NCBI GenBank assembly: GCA_041305465.1
Contig: JBFYLJ010000214.1
Location: forward strand, 45 to 64,044
Length of the DNA: 64,000 bases
Direction of reading: 5' to 3'
Source: Methanothrix sp.
GTDB taxonomy: Archaea > Halobacteriota > Methanosarcinia > Methanotrichales > Methanotrichaceae
Below the pieces are notes generated by a model. It searched no databases and was not told where the DNA came from. It was given only the letters and a program-made list of their open reading frames with translations. Below, piece after piece: positions 8,264 through 17,532 of this stretch (position 1 is its first letter; each line of letters begins with the position of its first letter). Made by a program: the position numbers and the translations under genes.

Positions 8264-10885
8264 ATGAGGTTGGCCTGGCCGCCGCCCCGGCATCTAATCG
8301 CATCTGTCTTGATCTCGGTGGTAGCGTTGGCTCTGGTCCATCTAACGCCTTCATCCCTGCAGGATATTCTATCACCCCTTGCCCTTTGTCTCGTCTTTCT
8401 CATCCCCGGATATCTTGCCACGCTATCCATATTTCCCGGCAAGAGCGACCTAAGTGCAATCCGGCGCGCATTCCTCTGCCTGGCCTCTTCGGCAATCTTA
8501 GCCGGTTTATTCAGCCTCATTCTGACGGCCACGCCGCGCGGCCTGCAGAGTGCGTCTCTGGCTACAATTCTCTCTCTTCTGGCCATATTCCTGGCGGCGC
8601 TGGCCTATGGCCGCTGGTCGAATCTGCCTCGCAAGAGAAGGTTTCTTTTGATGCCAAAGAGAGGACTGGGATCGACGCCAGCCATTCCCCGTGCTGCTCT
8701 GGCTATCCTCCTGCTGGCTGCCTGTTTTGTGGCAGCCCTGGCTTTTGCCTTCGGAACATATCAGTTTCCGTCCGAGGAGCCATCCGCAAATATCGAGGCT
8801 GCGCCGTCAGGAGAGCCTTTAACTGCTCCCACTCCACCCATTGAGGAAGAAAAGGAGCAAATAAAATCATATCCCCCACATGAAGAAGAGATCCCGGTGG
8901 TCGATTTATCCCAAAATAATTCCAGCAATAAAAGCATTATCAATTCACCTGAAAATCTTGAAGATATGAGCGAGGCAGAGTTCTTCAGCATGGGAGGAGG
9001 CGGTGGAGGAGGCAGCACGGGAGGGGGAAGTTCATCGAGCAGCAGTCAAACTGCCGCAAAAAAGCCGTCCTCCAGTAAGGCTTTGCAGCCTGAAAAGACG
9101 GTCAGCACTTCCCCGACCCCGCCCAGTGCTCCTGTCAGCAATGTGCAGAACAACACCTCAGTTGCCGCAGCGAATTTATCGAACTCCAGTCTCACCAGCC
9201 AAGATAATCAGACTCGAAAAGGCAATTTGACTGAGACCGGTAATTTAACCGACGAAAATCTGACAATTGAAGATAATGCACCCTTCAAGGACAATCAGAC
9301 TCTTGATCAGGCCGCGCTGCCGGTGATTGAGCCCACCGCAAATCCCGCGCCAGTGACATCACCCCCAATTGCATCCAATGAAACAAGAGCTGTCGGCGTG
9401 GAGAACTTGACGGCTTTGCAGGACTCAATTGAATCCGACCTGTCTCTCGCCATCCGACAATCCGGGATCAAGCTTGCTGAACCAAATGGTGAAGCATCAG
9501 ACAATTCGAATCGGCCTCCTGTCCTGAAGTCCCTGGTGCCGGACAGAGCCAGCCCCCAGCTACAAGGATCGGCCATCTTCTGGAAAGCAGAGGCAATGGA
9601 TGAAGAGGGCGATAAGATCCTTTACAGGTACTTCCTGGATGGCCGGGAAGTTCGGAAATGGTCCAAGATCAATAGCTGGAGCTGGTTAACTCAGGGTTTG
9701 CCGGCGGGAGATTATCAGATCACCGTCATGGCAATAGACGGCAATCATGCCGCCCAGGATTCCTTTGATAGCATAATAAATGCGAGCTTCACCTTGAGTC
9801 TCCCCAATCAGGCTCCAGTTCTAGAGCTGCTCAAACCGGACAGGACCAGCCCTCAAGGCAAGGGCAGCATTATCACCTGGACAGCCAGCGCCAATGATCC
9901 GGATAACGACCAAATTAATTTCAAGTTTATGAAGAACGATGAAGCGGTAAGCGACTGGTCCCCGTCCGGCACCTGGGTCTGGGATACCTCTTCGGAAAAG
10001 CCGGGAGACTATAAGATAACAGTGCTGGCCAAAGACGGACTGCACGCATCCAGGGATTCCTTTGATAGCTCCAGGGAAAGCAATTTTGCTCTGACTCTGC
10101 CCAATAGCATCCCGGAAGTAATGGAGCTGAAAGCCGACCGGCCCGGTCCTCAGGTTGCAGGCAGCGCCATAACCTGGACGGCATTGGCCATAGATCCTGA
10201 TGGTGATCAGATCTCCTACAAATTCCTGGTTAATGACAAGGAAGTTGGGCAATGGTCGCCGTCGAATTCCTGGGTCTGGGATACATCATCCGCATCACCA
10301 GGTGAGTACCGGATCATAGTCCAGGCCAGAGACGGCAGTCATTCATCAGAGGAATCATTTGACAGCAGCAAAGATGCCGCAATGACCATTACAGTTGCAG
10401 ACACAAATCAGCCGCCTGTCCTGAGTTCCCTGATCTCGGATATCCCCAGCCCGGATGCTCAGGGCGTGACGGTAATCTGGAAGGCGGAAGCTTATGATCC
10501 CGAAGGCGACAAGATCCTCTACAAATTCCAGCTGGGCGGCCGAGATATGGGCAGATGGTCCGAGTCGGCTAGCTGGAAATGGTCTACCAAAGATCTGGCT
10601 CCCGGAGACTACAAAATTCGGGTCATGGCCAGAGACGGCAAGCATGCCCCAGAGAATTCCTTTGACAGCTCCAGGGATGCGGCCTTCTCACTTATCTCCG
10701 AGATAGATCAGCAGATAAACCGGCTGATGAACAAGAGGTCTAAAGATGCTTCTCAGCAGGAAAGCTATCAATCTACGGACATCCAGGTGACTTCAGGCAA
10801 CGGCACCAACTCCAATGTGGTTCTGGGAAAAAGCAACGGAACAGCCGGAGAGGATGGAACGGTCACACCTCGAAAGCTGGGCTGA
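8264..10885 (+). CDS. Membrane-anchored surface protein: DUF1616-like N-terminal TM domain, low-complexity linker, four ~99-aa Ig-like repeats
   Basis: L.FLIPGY....IFP.K.DL..I.R TM region; G/S/P-rich linker; four repeats of N.PPVL..L.PD..SPQ..G..I.W.A.A.D..GD.I.Y.F...WS...W.W.T...GDY.I.V.A.DG.HA...SFDS. Confidence 0.8.
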   Translation: MRLAWPPPRHLIASVLISVVALALVHLTPSSLQDILSPLALCLVFLIPGYLATLSIFPGKSDLSAIRRAFLCLASSAILAGLFSLILTATPRGLQSASLATILSLLAIFLAALAYGRWSNLPRKRRFLLMPKRGLGSTPAIPRAALAILLLAACFVAALAFAFGTYQFPSEEPSANIEAAPSGEPLTAPTPPIEEEKEQIKSYPPHEEEIPVVDLSQNNSSNKSIINSPENLEDMSEAEFFSMGGGGGGGSTGGGSSSSSSQTAAKKPSSSKALQPEKTVSTSPTPPSAPVSNVQNNTSVAAANLSNSSLTSQDNQTRKGNLTETGNLTDENLTIEDNAPFKDNQTLDQAALPVIEPTANPAPVTSPPIASNETRAVGVENLTALQDSIESDLSLAIRQSGIKLAEPNGEASDNSNRPPVLKSLVPDRASPQLQGSAIFWKAEAMDEEGDKILYRYFLDGREVRKWSKINSWSWLTQGLPAGDYQITVMAIDGNHAAQDSFDSIINASFTLSLPNQAPVLELLKPDRTSPQGKGSIITWTASANDPDNDQINFKFMKNDEAVSDWSPSGTWVWDTSSEKPGDYKITVLAKDGLHASRDSFDSSRESNFALTLPNSIPEVMELKADRPGPQVAGSAITWTALAIDPDGDQISYKFLVNDKEVGQWSPSNSWVWDTSSASPGEYRIIVQARDGSHSSEESFDSSKDAAMTITVADTNQPPVLSSLISDIPSPDAQGVTVIWKAEAYDPEGDKILYKFQLGGRDMGRWSESASWKWSTKDLAPGDYKIRVMARDGKHAPENSFDSSRDAAFSLISEIDQQINRLMNKRSKDASQQESYQSTDIQVTSGNGTNSNVVLGKSNGTAGEDGTVTPRKLG
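9506..10700 (+). repeat. Four tandem ~300-bp intragenic domain repeats
   Basis: Recurring TTCCTTTGAYAGC / GACGGCA.TCA / CTGGGTCTGGGATAC segments at ~300-bp spacing inside the 873-aa CDS. Confidence 0.8.
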
Positions 10886-11319
10886 TAGGCGGCAAGAATT
10901 TGGATGACGAAAGCACCAGAACGCTAGGATAGAAAGACGGAGCTGCTTGTTCTGAGAAGAAATCTCCCTAATAGCAAGAGCTGCGTTTTCCTAAAGTTCT
11001 CCCGGAAAAAGACGACGATTTTATCCTTTAGAGCGAAAAACAAAAAGTTACTTTGACAGGTGGCCCGCTTCCTGATTTCTATCTGTCCACTGCGGGTGGA
11101 TGCAGGACTGGATTGCAGCGACAAGACTAATAATCTATAGAGAGATATTTGCCGCAAGTGATGATGCCGCTGTGCCCACTAACATGCCGCAACTGGGAAA
11201 GCAATATATACATCCTCGAATACATACTTAAGTTAAAGTATTGAGCAAAATGGAGCGAAACTTTCAACATCCATAAGACGGCAGATTGCCAAGAAAAGTG
11301 ATGCACTCGGAGGTAACCT

Positions 11320-14300
11320 TTGCATATTAAAGAGGTCGAACTTAAGAACTTCAAGTCATTCGGCAAGAGCGTCCGGGTTCCTCTGAAGAACGATTTTGTG
11401 ACCGTCACCGGGCCCAACGGTAGCGGCAAGTCCAATATCGTTGATGCTCTGCTCTTCGCTCTCTGCCTTTCCAGCTCGCGAGCCATGCGCGCAGAGAGGC
11501 TGCCCGACCTCATCTACAAGGGCGATAACGGCAAGAATCCGGACTATGCCCAGGTTACCGTTAAGCTGGACAATACCAGCCGTCTCTTTCCCCTGGATCA
11601 GGATCTAATTGAGGTATCCAGGAAGATAAAGGTCAAAGGCGATAAATATGCATCTTCTTATTATTTTAATGGAAAGACCTGCGGTCAGGCGGAATTGCTG
11701 GATCTGCTGGCCAAAGCAGGCATAACTCCGGAGAGCTACAACATAGTCATGCAGGGTGATGTGACGCGCATCATCGAGATGACACCGGTAGAGCGCCGAA
11801 AGATCATTGACGAGATTGCCGGTGTCGCTGAGTTTGATGAGAAGAAGAAGAAGGCCATGGAAGAGCTGGATGTGGTGCGAGAGCGCATCGGTCGCGTCGA
11901 TGTGATCCTGGAGGAGGTTTCATCCCAGCTTGCCAGGCTCAAGGCAGAGCGGGACCGCGCCCACTCCTACCAGGCCCACCGGGAGGAGCTTTCCAGACAG
12001 GAGGCTTTTCTGCTCCTGGCCAGGCTCAAAGAGGCCTCAATGGAGCTGGCCGGCCTGGATGATGAGATCAATTCCCTTGATGTCAAGAATCAGACGCTTC
12101 TGGAGAGGTCGGAGAGCAAGAAATCAGAGCTTTTAACACTTGATGATAAGCTGCAGTCCATAAGCTCGGAGATCACCCACAAAGGAGAGGATGAGCAGAT
12201 CTCTGTTAAACGCAGGATCGAGGAGCTGAAAGGGGAGATCTCCCGTGAAGCCGCTCGCATCGAGATGACGGAAAAGGCCATCTCTGATATGGATGGGCAG
12301 CAAAAGAGCTGCTTTATTCAGATGAGCAGCCTATCCGCCGAGCTGGAATCGTTAGCTGAGAAAATAAGGGATGCTGGACTGCGTGGCGCCAGCCTGCGAG
12401 GGGAACTTGATGATCAGATAGATCTACAGGCAGCCGCGCTGGCCAGCCTCTCCCAGGCAGATGCAAAATTCGCCCTGCTCCGGGATGAGCTCTCCCGCGT
12501 TCGGCTGATTCGTGAGGAGTCCAAATCAAAGCTTGGAGACCTGGTTAGGGAGAGGGACCGGCTGCTGGATGCCACCAGGCGAGGCGGCCTGGAAAGGGAA
12601 GAGCTTTCCGCCGGCATCAAAGAGGCGCTTGATAAGCTAGCGGGCCTCGATCATGAGACGGAAAAGCTGAAAGCGGAGCTGGCCGCCTTTAACAGCAAGG
12701 CCATGGAGATGGAGCGGGACCGGGACGACCTGGAGAGCGGGCGCCTGCGACTGCGCCGGGAGATCACCGAGGCGGAGAGAGAGCTGCAAAGGCTGCAGGG
12801 AGAGTTTGCCAAGAGCGACGGCCGCATGAGGGCCGCCGAGGACAAAGCCGGATACAGCCGGGCGGTGGAAGCGATTCGCTCGGCTATCAAGAGACAGATG
12901 CTGCAAGGCCTTCACGGAACCATTGCCGAGCTGGGCAACGTGGCATCGCGCTACTCCTCGGCTCTCGAGGTGGCGGCTGGAGCACGCCTGCAGAGCATCG
13001 TGGCCGACAATGATCTGGATGCTTCTGCTGCCATTGAGTATCTCAAGAGGTCACAGATCGGCAGGGCCACCTTTTTGCCTTTGAACAAGCTGGACAGAGG
13101 CAGCCTCTCCACACGGCCCAATCATGCCGGAGTGGTGGACTATGCCCTCAACCTTGTTGACTTCGATCCCAAGTTCCAGGGCGCTTTCTGGTATGTCTTC
13201 CGGGATACTCTGGTGGTTGAGAGCCTCGCTTTTGCCCGTCCGCTCATGGGTCGGTATCGTATGGTCACACTGGAAGGAGACCTGGTGGAGAAGTCGGGAG
13301 CCATGACAGGCGGCCACTATCGCTCCAAGATGAAGTTTGCGGCAGAAGAGAAGACGAAGCTCCTGGAGCTCTCTGAGAAGATCGCCAATGCCGAAAGCGA
13401 GCGCAGCACTAGGCTTGATAAGCTGGATAGAATCGAAGAGCAGATATCCCGCCTCTCCCGTGAGGTGGAGGAGCTGAACCGGGTCATATCCAAGAAGACC
13501 TTCCAGATAGACGAGATCGTGTCGTCCCGGCCACGCCTGGATAAGTCGATTTTAGAAAAGCGCGAGCGTCTGCTGGCCATGGAGGGCGAGTCTATCAGCT
13601 TTAAGGAGCAGCTTTGCCTCTTGGAGGACGATATCAGGATCTCGGAAGAGACATTGGCAGATGTGCAGCAGAAGATCGACAAACTCGAGGGCGAGCTGAA
13701 GGACTCGGAAATTCCCGGATTGAACAGGAAGGCAGACTCTGCTAGCCTGGAGATCAAGCGCCTGCAAGATCGGCTAACCGGTATTGATGCCGAGATTCTC
13801 AAGGACAGGATCAGGGAGGAGAGCGGCAGAGAGAAGCTGGCGGAGATTGCGGCCAGAAGAGAATCGCTGGACGGCCAGAAAGTTGAGGCTCTGGCCAGAA
13901 AGGATGCAGCAACTGCGCAAATTGTGGAGCTCTCTGAGAAGCTCTCGTTCTCCCAGGCGCGTGAGGCTGAGATTGAAGGAGAGCTGCACGGCTTGAAGGG
14001 AGTTCGTGGAGAGCTTCTGGAAAAGACGCTGGCTCTTCAAAGAGAGATTGACCTGGCAGAGAGGGATCGGGACCGAATTGAGGCTCGCAAGAATGCCACG
14101 ACCTATGCAAGAGACGCCATTCTTTCCAAGGTCAATGATCTGCGCTCGCAAATTGAGGGTCGCGGAGTCGATTCCTCCCAGGAGCCACCCAACAGCATGG
14201 CTGTGGCCGAGAAGATCAAAGCCCTGGAGCAGGCCATGCGAGACCTGGAACCGGTGAACATGATGGCCATCCAGGAATACGATCATGTCAAGACGCGCTA

Positions 14301-14835
14301 CGACTTCCTGGCAGAGAGAAGGAACACTCTCTCTCTGGAGCGTGAGGCGATCATCGATAAGCTGGAAAAGTATGATGAGATGAAGAGAGAAGCATTCCTG
14401 GCAAGCTTCACTGAGATCAACAATAACTTCAAGCAGATCTTCCAGGAGCTTTCCAAGGGTGTGGGTGACCTGGTCCTGGAAAATCCACAAGATCCCCTGG
14501 CGGCAGGCATGACCATCAAGGCCCGGCCGGCCGGCAAGTCCCTGCACCGTCTTGAGGCCATGTCCGGCGGGGAGAAGAGCCTAACTGCTCTCTCATTTAT
14601 ATTCTCCATTCAGATGTACCGACCTGCTCCTTTCTACGCCATGGATGAGATTGACATGTTCCTGGATGGGGCCAATGTGGAACGAGTAGCGAAACTTATC
14701 AAGAAAATCTCTTCCAAGGCCCAGTTCATAGTAGTATCCTTGCGCAAACCCATGATACTGCAGTCCAAGTACACTCTGGGCGTGACCATGCAGGAGAACA
14801 ACATCACCACTGTGACCGGCATCTGCACAAGCTGA
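11320..14835 (+). CDS. smc: Chromosome segregation protein SMC
   Basis: Walker A GPNGSGKSN, hinge GRATFLPLN and G.MTGG, signature MSGGEKS, DEID. Confidence 0.97.
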   Translation: MHIKEVELKNFKSFGKSVRVPLKNDFVTVTGPNGSGKSNIVDALLFALCLSSSRAMRAERLPDLIYKGDNGKNPDYAQVTVKLDNTSRLFPLDQDLIEVSRKIKVKGDKYASSYYFNGKTCGQAELLDLLAKAGITPESYNIVMQGDVTRIIEMTPVERRKIIDEIAGVAEFDEKKKKAMEELDVVRERIGRVDVILEEVSSQLARLKAERDRAHSYQAHREELSRQEAFLLLARLKEASMELAGLDDEINSLDVKNQTLLERSESKKSELLTLDDKLQSISSEITHKGEDEQISVKRRIEELKGEISREAARIEMTEKAISDMDGQQKSCFIQMSSLSAELESLAEKIRDAGLRGASLRGELDDQIDLQAAALASLSQADAKFALLRDELSRVRLIREESKSKLGDLVRERDRLLDATRRGGLEREELSAGIKEALDKLAGLDHETEKLKAELAAFNSKAMEMERDRDDLESGRLRLRREITEAERELQRLQGEFAKSDGRMRAAEDKAGYSRAVEAIRSAIKRQMLQGLHGTIAELGNVASRYSSALEVAAGARLQSIVADNDLDASAAIEYLKRSQIGRATFLPLNKLDRGSLSTRPNHAGVVDYALNLVDFDPKFQGAFWYVFRDTLVVESLAFARPLMGRYRMVTLEGDLVEKSGAMTGGHYRSKMKFAAEEKTKLLELSEKIANAESERSTRLDKLDRIEEQISRLSREVEELNRVISKKTFQIDEIVSSRPRLDKSILEKRERLLAMEGESISFKEQLCLLEDDIRISEETLADVQQKIDKLEGELKDSEIPGLNRKADSASLEIKRLQDRLTGIDAEILKDRIREESGREKLAEIAARRESLDGQKVEALARKDAATAQIVELSEKLSFSQAREAEIEGELHGLKGVRGELLEKTLALQREIDLAERDRDRIEARKNATTYARDAILSKVNDLRSQIEGRGVDSSQEPPNSMAVAEKIKALEQAMRDLEPVNMMAIQEYDHVKTRYDFLAERRNTLSLEREAIIDKLEKYDEMKREAFLASFTEINNNFKQIFQELSKGVGDLVLENPQDPLAAGMTIKARPAGKSLHRLEAMSGGEKSLTALSFIFSIQMYRPAPFYAMDEIDMFLDGANVERVAKLIKKISSKAQFIVVSLRKPMILQSKYTLGVTMQENNITTVTGICTS

Positions 14836-14842
14836 GGCGAAA

Positions 14843-15520
14843 ATGAGCGACGATCCATCTATCAATGAGTTCGAATTCGGAGAGCCTGCTGAGGTTTTGG
14901 TGGAGCTGGCCAAGAGTGGAGAGATCGATCCATGGGATATCGATATCGCCATGGCTACCGAGAAATTCTTGCAGTACATTGATTCTCTGGAGAAGAGGGA
15001 CCTTCGCATTCCTGCCCGGACTCTGCTTTATGCCAGCATCCTCTTGCGCATGAAGTCCGACTCCATGGAAGAGCAAAAAGAGGAAGAGCCTGAGCCGGAG
15101 ATCGAGGAGATCTTAGATGAAGAGGAAGAAGAGATTGAAGAGAATCTGCCCCGCCCTCCGGTACGCAGGCATACCAAGCGACCTGTAACATTGGACGAGC
15201 TGATCTCGGAGCTGAAAAAAGCGGAGATGGTGGGCAGAAGGAAAGCCATGCGGGAGAGGTGGCCCAGTACCGAGGAGAAGACCCTGGATGTCTCCCACGA
15301 CGAGGGGATCGAGGATCGAATCAAAGCGCTCGGCCCCATCTTAGACGACATGTTCATGGAGAGCAAGACCGTCACCTTCCAGGAAATAAACAGCAAGAAC
15401 AGCAAGACTGAGGATGGGGTTACCAACTACGTCTCTTTGCTCTTCATGGCCCAGAGAAAGCAGGTATGGCTGGAGCAGGAGGAGATCTTCGGAGACCTGT
15501 TTGTGAGCAGGCATGATTAG
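14843..15520 (+). CDS. scpA: Segregation and condensation protein A (kleisin)
   Basis: GEIDPWDIDI, LLRMKSD, RPVTLDELI, L.QEE.FGDL; directly downstream of smc. Confidence 0.93.
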   Translation: MSDDPSINEFEFGEPAEVLVELAKSGEIDPWDIDIAMATEKFLQYIDSLEKRDLRIPARTLLYASILLRMKSDSMEEQKEEEPEPEIEEILDEEEEEIEENLPRPPVRRHTKRPVTLDELISELKKAEMVGRRKAMRERWPSTEEKTLDVSHDEGIEDRIKALGPILDDMFMESKTVTFQEINSKNSKTEDGVTNYVSLLFMAQRKQVWLEQEEIFGDLFVSRHD

Positions 15521-15751
15521 TGAGGGGCCTTCCTACCAGGTGCGCAAATTTTGCAGAGACAATCTCATCTCGATAGGAGACACAAACTTTCGGATCAAAG
15601 CCGTTTAAGTTTAACCGAACAGCTCAACTCAATGCTTCCAGGATGGAATTGTGAAGGCTGATTGGGGCTTAAGGGAAAAACTGCGATTCTTATGATATTG
15701 AACTTATGCGAAAGATATACATATCATAAACATCATCATTAATAGTGGTGA

Positions 15752-15898
15752 ATGTTCGTGGATATCTTCTATGCAATCGTGCTCTCTGTCCTTTGGGGCC
15801 TGGCTTTCGGGATAATGGCGATGCCTCTGCGGGTGGTAAGGGTCAATCCCACCTATTCGTCCTGGGTTGATTGCGCCAGCTTAATTGGCGACATTTGA
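15752..15898 (+). CDS. Putative 48-aa single-TM microprotein (below ORF-track cutoff)
   Basis: MFVDIFYAIVLSVLWGLAFGIMAMPLRVVRVNPTYSSWVDCASLIGDI*; GGTGA RBS-like motif at 15747-15751 (fits the alternative GTG at 15758); AT-rich promoter-like sequence upstream. Confidence 0.45.
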   Translation: MFVDIFYAIVLSVLWGLAFGIMAMPLRVVRVNPTYSSWVDCASLIGDI

Positions 15899-15941
15899 AA
15901 CCCCTGCCCTTTTATCAACATTCAACCCATTCAACCGCAAT

Positions 15942-15950
15942 CTATAAGTA
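15942..15950 (+). promoter_or_regulatory. Putative TATA box upstream of the structured RNA
   Basis: CTATAAGTA about 25 nt before the GC-rich structured tract begins. Confidence 0.4.
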
Positions 15951-15971
15951 TCAATAGTTACTATAATAGTA

Positions 15972-16462
15972 GTTTGCCGCCTCATGCAAGGGTTGGCGGG
16001 TGTGCCGTGGGCTAAAACGTATCCGATAAAGCTCTGATGGCAAGGAGAATTGCCTTACAATTTGGCAACATGCAGGCAACGTGCATGAATCACATCCTTG
16101 TTCCAGGAGATGCTACGCCTTCGTGGTGCTGCATTCGGCTACGAACCTGTGAGAGACTTTGGCCGGAAGAAAAAGTTGCGTGCCTTAATTGGCACAGTAA
16201 TCTGCCGGAAGATCTCGCGCTAATACACGGTCGGGGCATGAAGCTGCACAATCATGCTGAGATAGAGGTAATTACCGACCCGGCATCTGGCGATGCATCG
16301 GGTTCCCGTGAGACGGACACTGTGTAATAGTCCAGTGCTAATGCCGCCTCACTCTCGGCACGAAATCGAAGATCTTGGGCGTGGGTCAGGCCATCACGAA
16401 GGTGATTTGGCTCCTCTGAGGAGGACACTGTGGATCGGTGTTGGCCACGCTCAAGACTCGAT
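15972..16462 (+). ncRNA. Candidate large structured non-coding RNA / 5' leader of unknown family
   Basis: Ten or more hairpins and long-range stems identified by eye; G-U pairs favour the + strand; no credible protein in any frame. Confidence 0.6.
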
Positions 16463-16486
16463 AATTGTTTTCTCATTTCAAAGGGG

Positions 16487-16792
16487 ATGGCATGGTTGCA
16501 TTCGTTGTCGGCTGTGGAGATCGAAGGGTTTGCATCGCGTCATGGGGTGCACAAAGAAGATGTTGAAGAATTTTTGGATACCGTTGGGGAAGCCGGCACG
16601 AAAGGTGGTGCTCTACTCAACCTGTACTATGATGCGCGCCTTTATAATTGGAACATCTCGACGGTGAGGGCGATAGAAGCAGGAATACAGTCAGCTTATG
16701 AAGAAGACATGGCGAATGCAGGTATTATCTATAATGTAATCGCAACGCCTCTTCCTGGTGCGCCTTACTCGCTCTGGCCTCGGCGATTCTAA
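16487..16792 (+). CDS. Hypothetical protein (101 aa) directly downstream of the structured RNA
   Basis: AAGGGG immediately before ATG 16487; MAWLHSLSAVEIEGFASRHGV...LLNLYYDARLYNWN...AIEAGI reads like a natural helical protein. Confidence 0.6.
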   Translation: MAWLHSLSAVEIEGFASRHGVHKEDVEEFLDTVGEAGTKGGALLNLYYDARLYNWNISTVRAIEAGIQSAYEEDMANAGIIYNVIATPLPGAPYSLWPRRF

Positions 16793-16812
16793 GCATTTTC
16801 GTCTCCAAAATC

Positions 16813-17325
16813 TCATGAGAACACCTCGAATGTGGCCTGTGATCCGGGCATTTTCGCCTCAGCATTAGCTTTGCCTCTTGCGGGAGCTTTCGGCATTTCG
16901 TAGAAGCAGAATACTCGGTCTGCAAGCTCGGTCATCTTCTCCAGATGAGGGTCCAGAGCGGGCGAGTAGAGCAGTATTGTGGCCTCTATTGATGTTTGCC
17001 TGAGTGCTTGTGCCACATATTCGACCATCTCTTTGGCATCTTCATAGAGAGTAGGATCATGCTCGATGATCAGGAAACTGTGGTGGTTTTCCTCCAAGAT
17101 GGTCATTAGCTGGAAGGAGGTGAAAGCCCGGCGTACTTCCAACTCGGTGAAGAGGCGATCCAGTCGGCTGAGGATGCGTGAGTAGTTGCCACAGACGAAG
17201 AGGATCTTATAGCGCTGCAATTCCAGGTGGCTGTTCAGGGCGTTAACCAGCATCTCAACAGGGGCTACCAGGACATTGAATGTATCAGGGAGCAAAGAGA
17301 CCGCCGGGTGGAGTTCAATTTCCAT
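16813..17325 (-). CDS. Hypothetical protein, possibly an inactivated RecA/RadA-like P-loop fold
   Basis: ILFVCGNYSRILS.L...LEVRRAFT.FQL..IL...hhhEHDP.LY resembles the RecA-fold 'RAFT..Q' segment but has no Walker A. Confidence 0.6.
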   Translation of the reverse strand: MEIELHPAVSLLPDTFNVLVAPVEMLVNALNSHLELQRYKILFVCGNYSRILSRLDRLFTELEVRRAFTSFQLMTILEENHHSFLIIEHDPTLYEDAKEMVEYVAQALRQTSIEATILLYSPALDPHLEKMTELADRVFCFYEMPKAPARGKANAEAKMPGSQATFEVFS

Positions 17326-17532
17326 AATAGAGAATAAGCGGCTCTAGGAATAAGAGAGCAAGCCGTGCGTGGAGCGAATGTAATGCAGCTGCAATTTTCA
17401 GATAAAAAAATCAAGGAATAGTTAAATATCATAGCCAAACATGTATATGACTGGCTAGTGGTGATGAGATATCAGTTGCCAACTCTCGGATCCTGATAGC
17501 AACGAACATCAATTCAAGCCCAAGAATCTTGT

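Noticed and set aside
8990-9045. GGA/GGC-rich tract
   Set aside because: It encodes the Gly/Ser linker of the surface protein.
10924-11157. 77-aa ORF upstream of smc
   Set aside because: No motif or RBS support.
15521-15720. Possible scpB or IS remnant after scpA
   Set aside because: No interpretable ORF or motif; scpB being unlinked is common in archaea.
15972-16462. RNase P, SRP RNA, group II intron or IscB omega-RNA as identity of the structured tract
   Set aside because: No GAGGAAAGUCC, SRP helix 8, group II domain V or HEARO-type 5' motifs seen on either strand.
16037-16476. Short ORFs (96, 74 and 124 aa) overlapping the structured tract
   Set aside because: No RBS, unnatural composition, mutually overlapping; RNA structure explains the region better.
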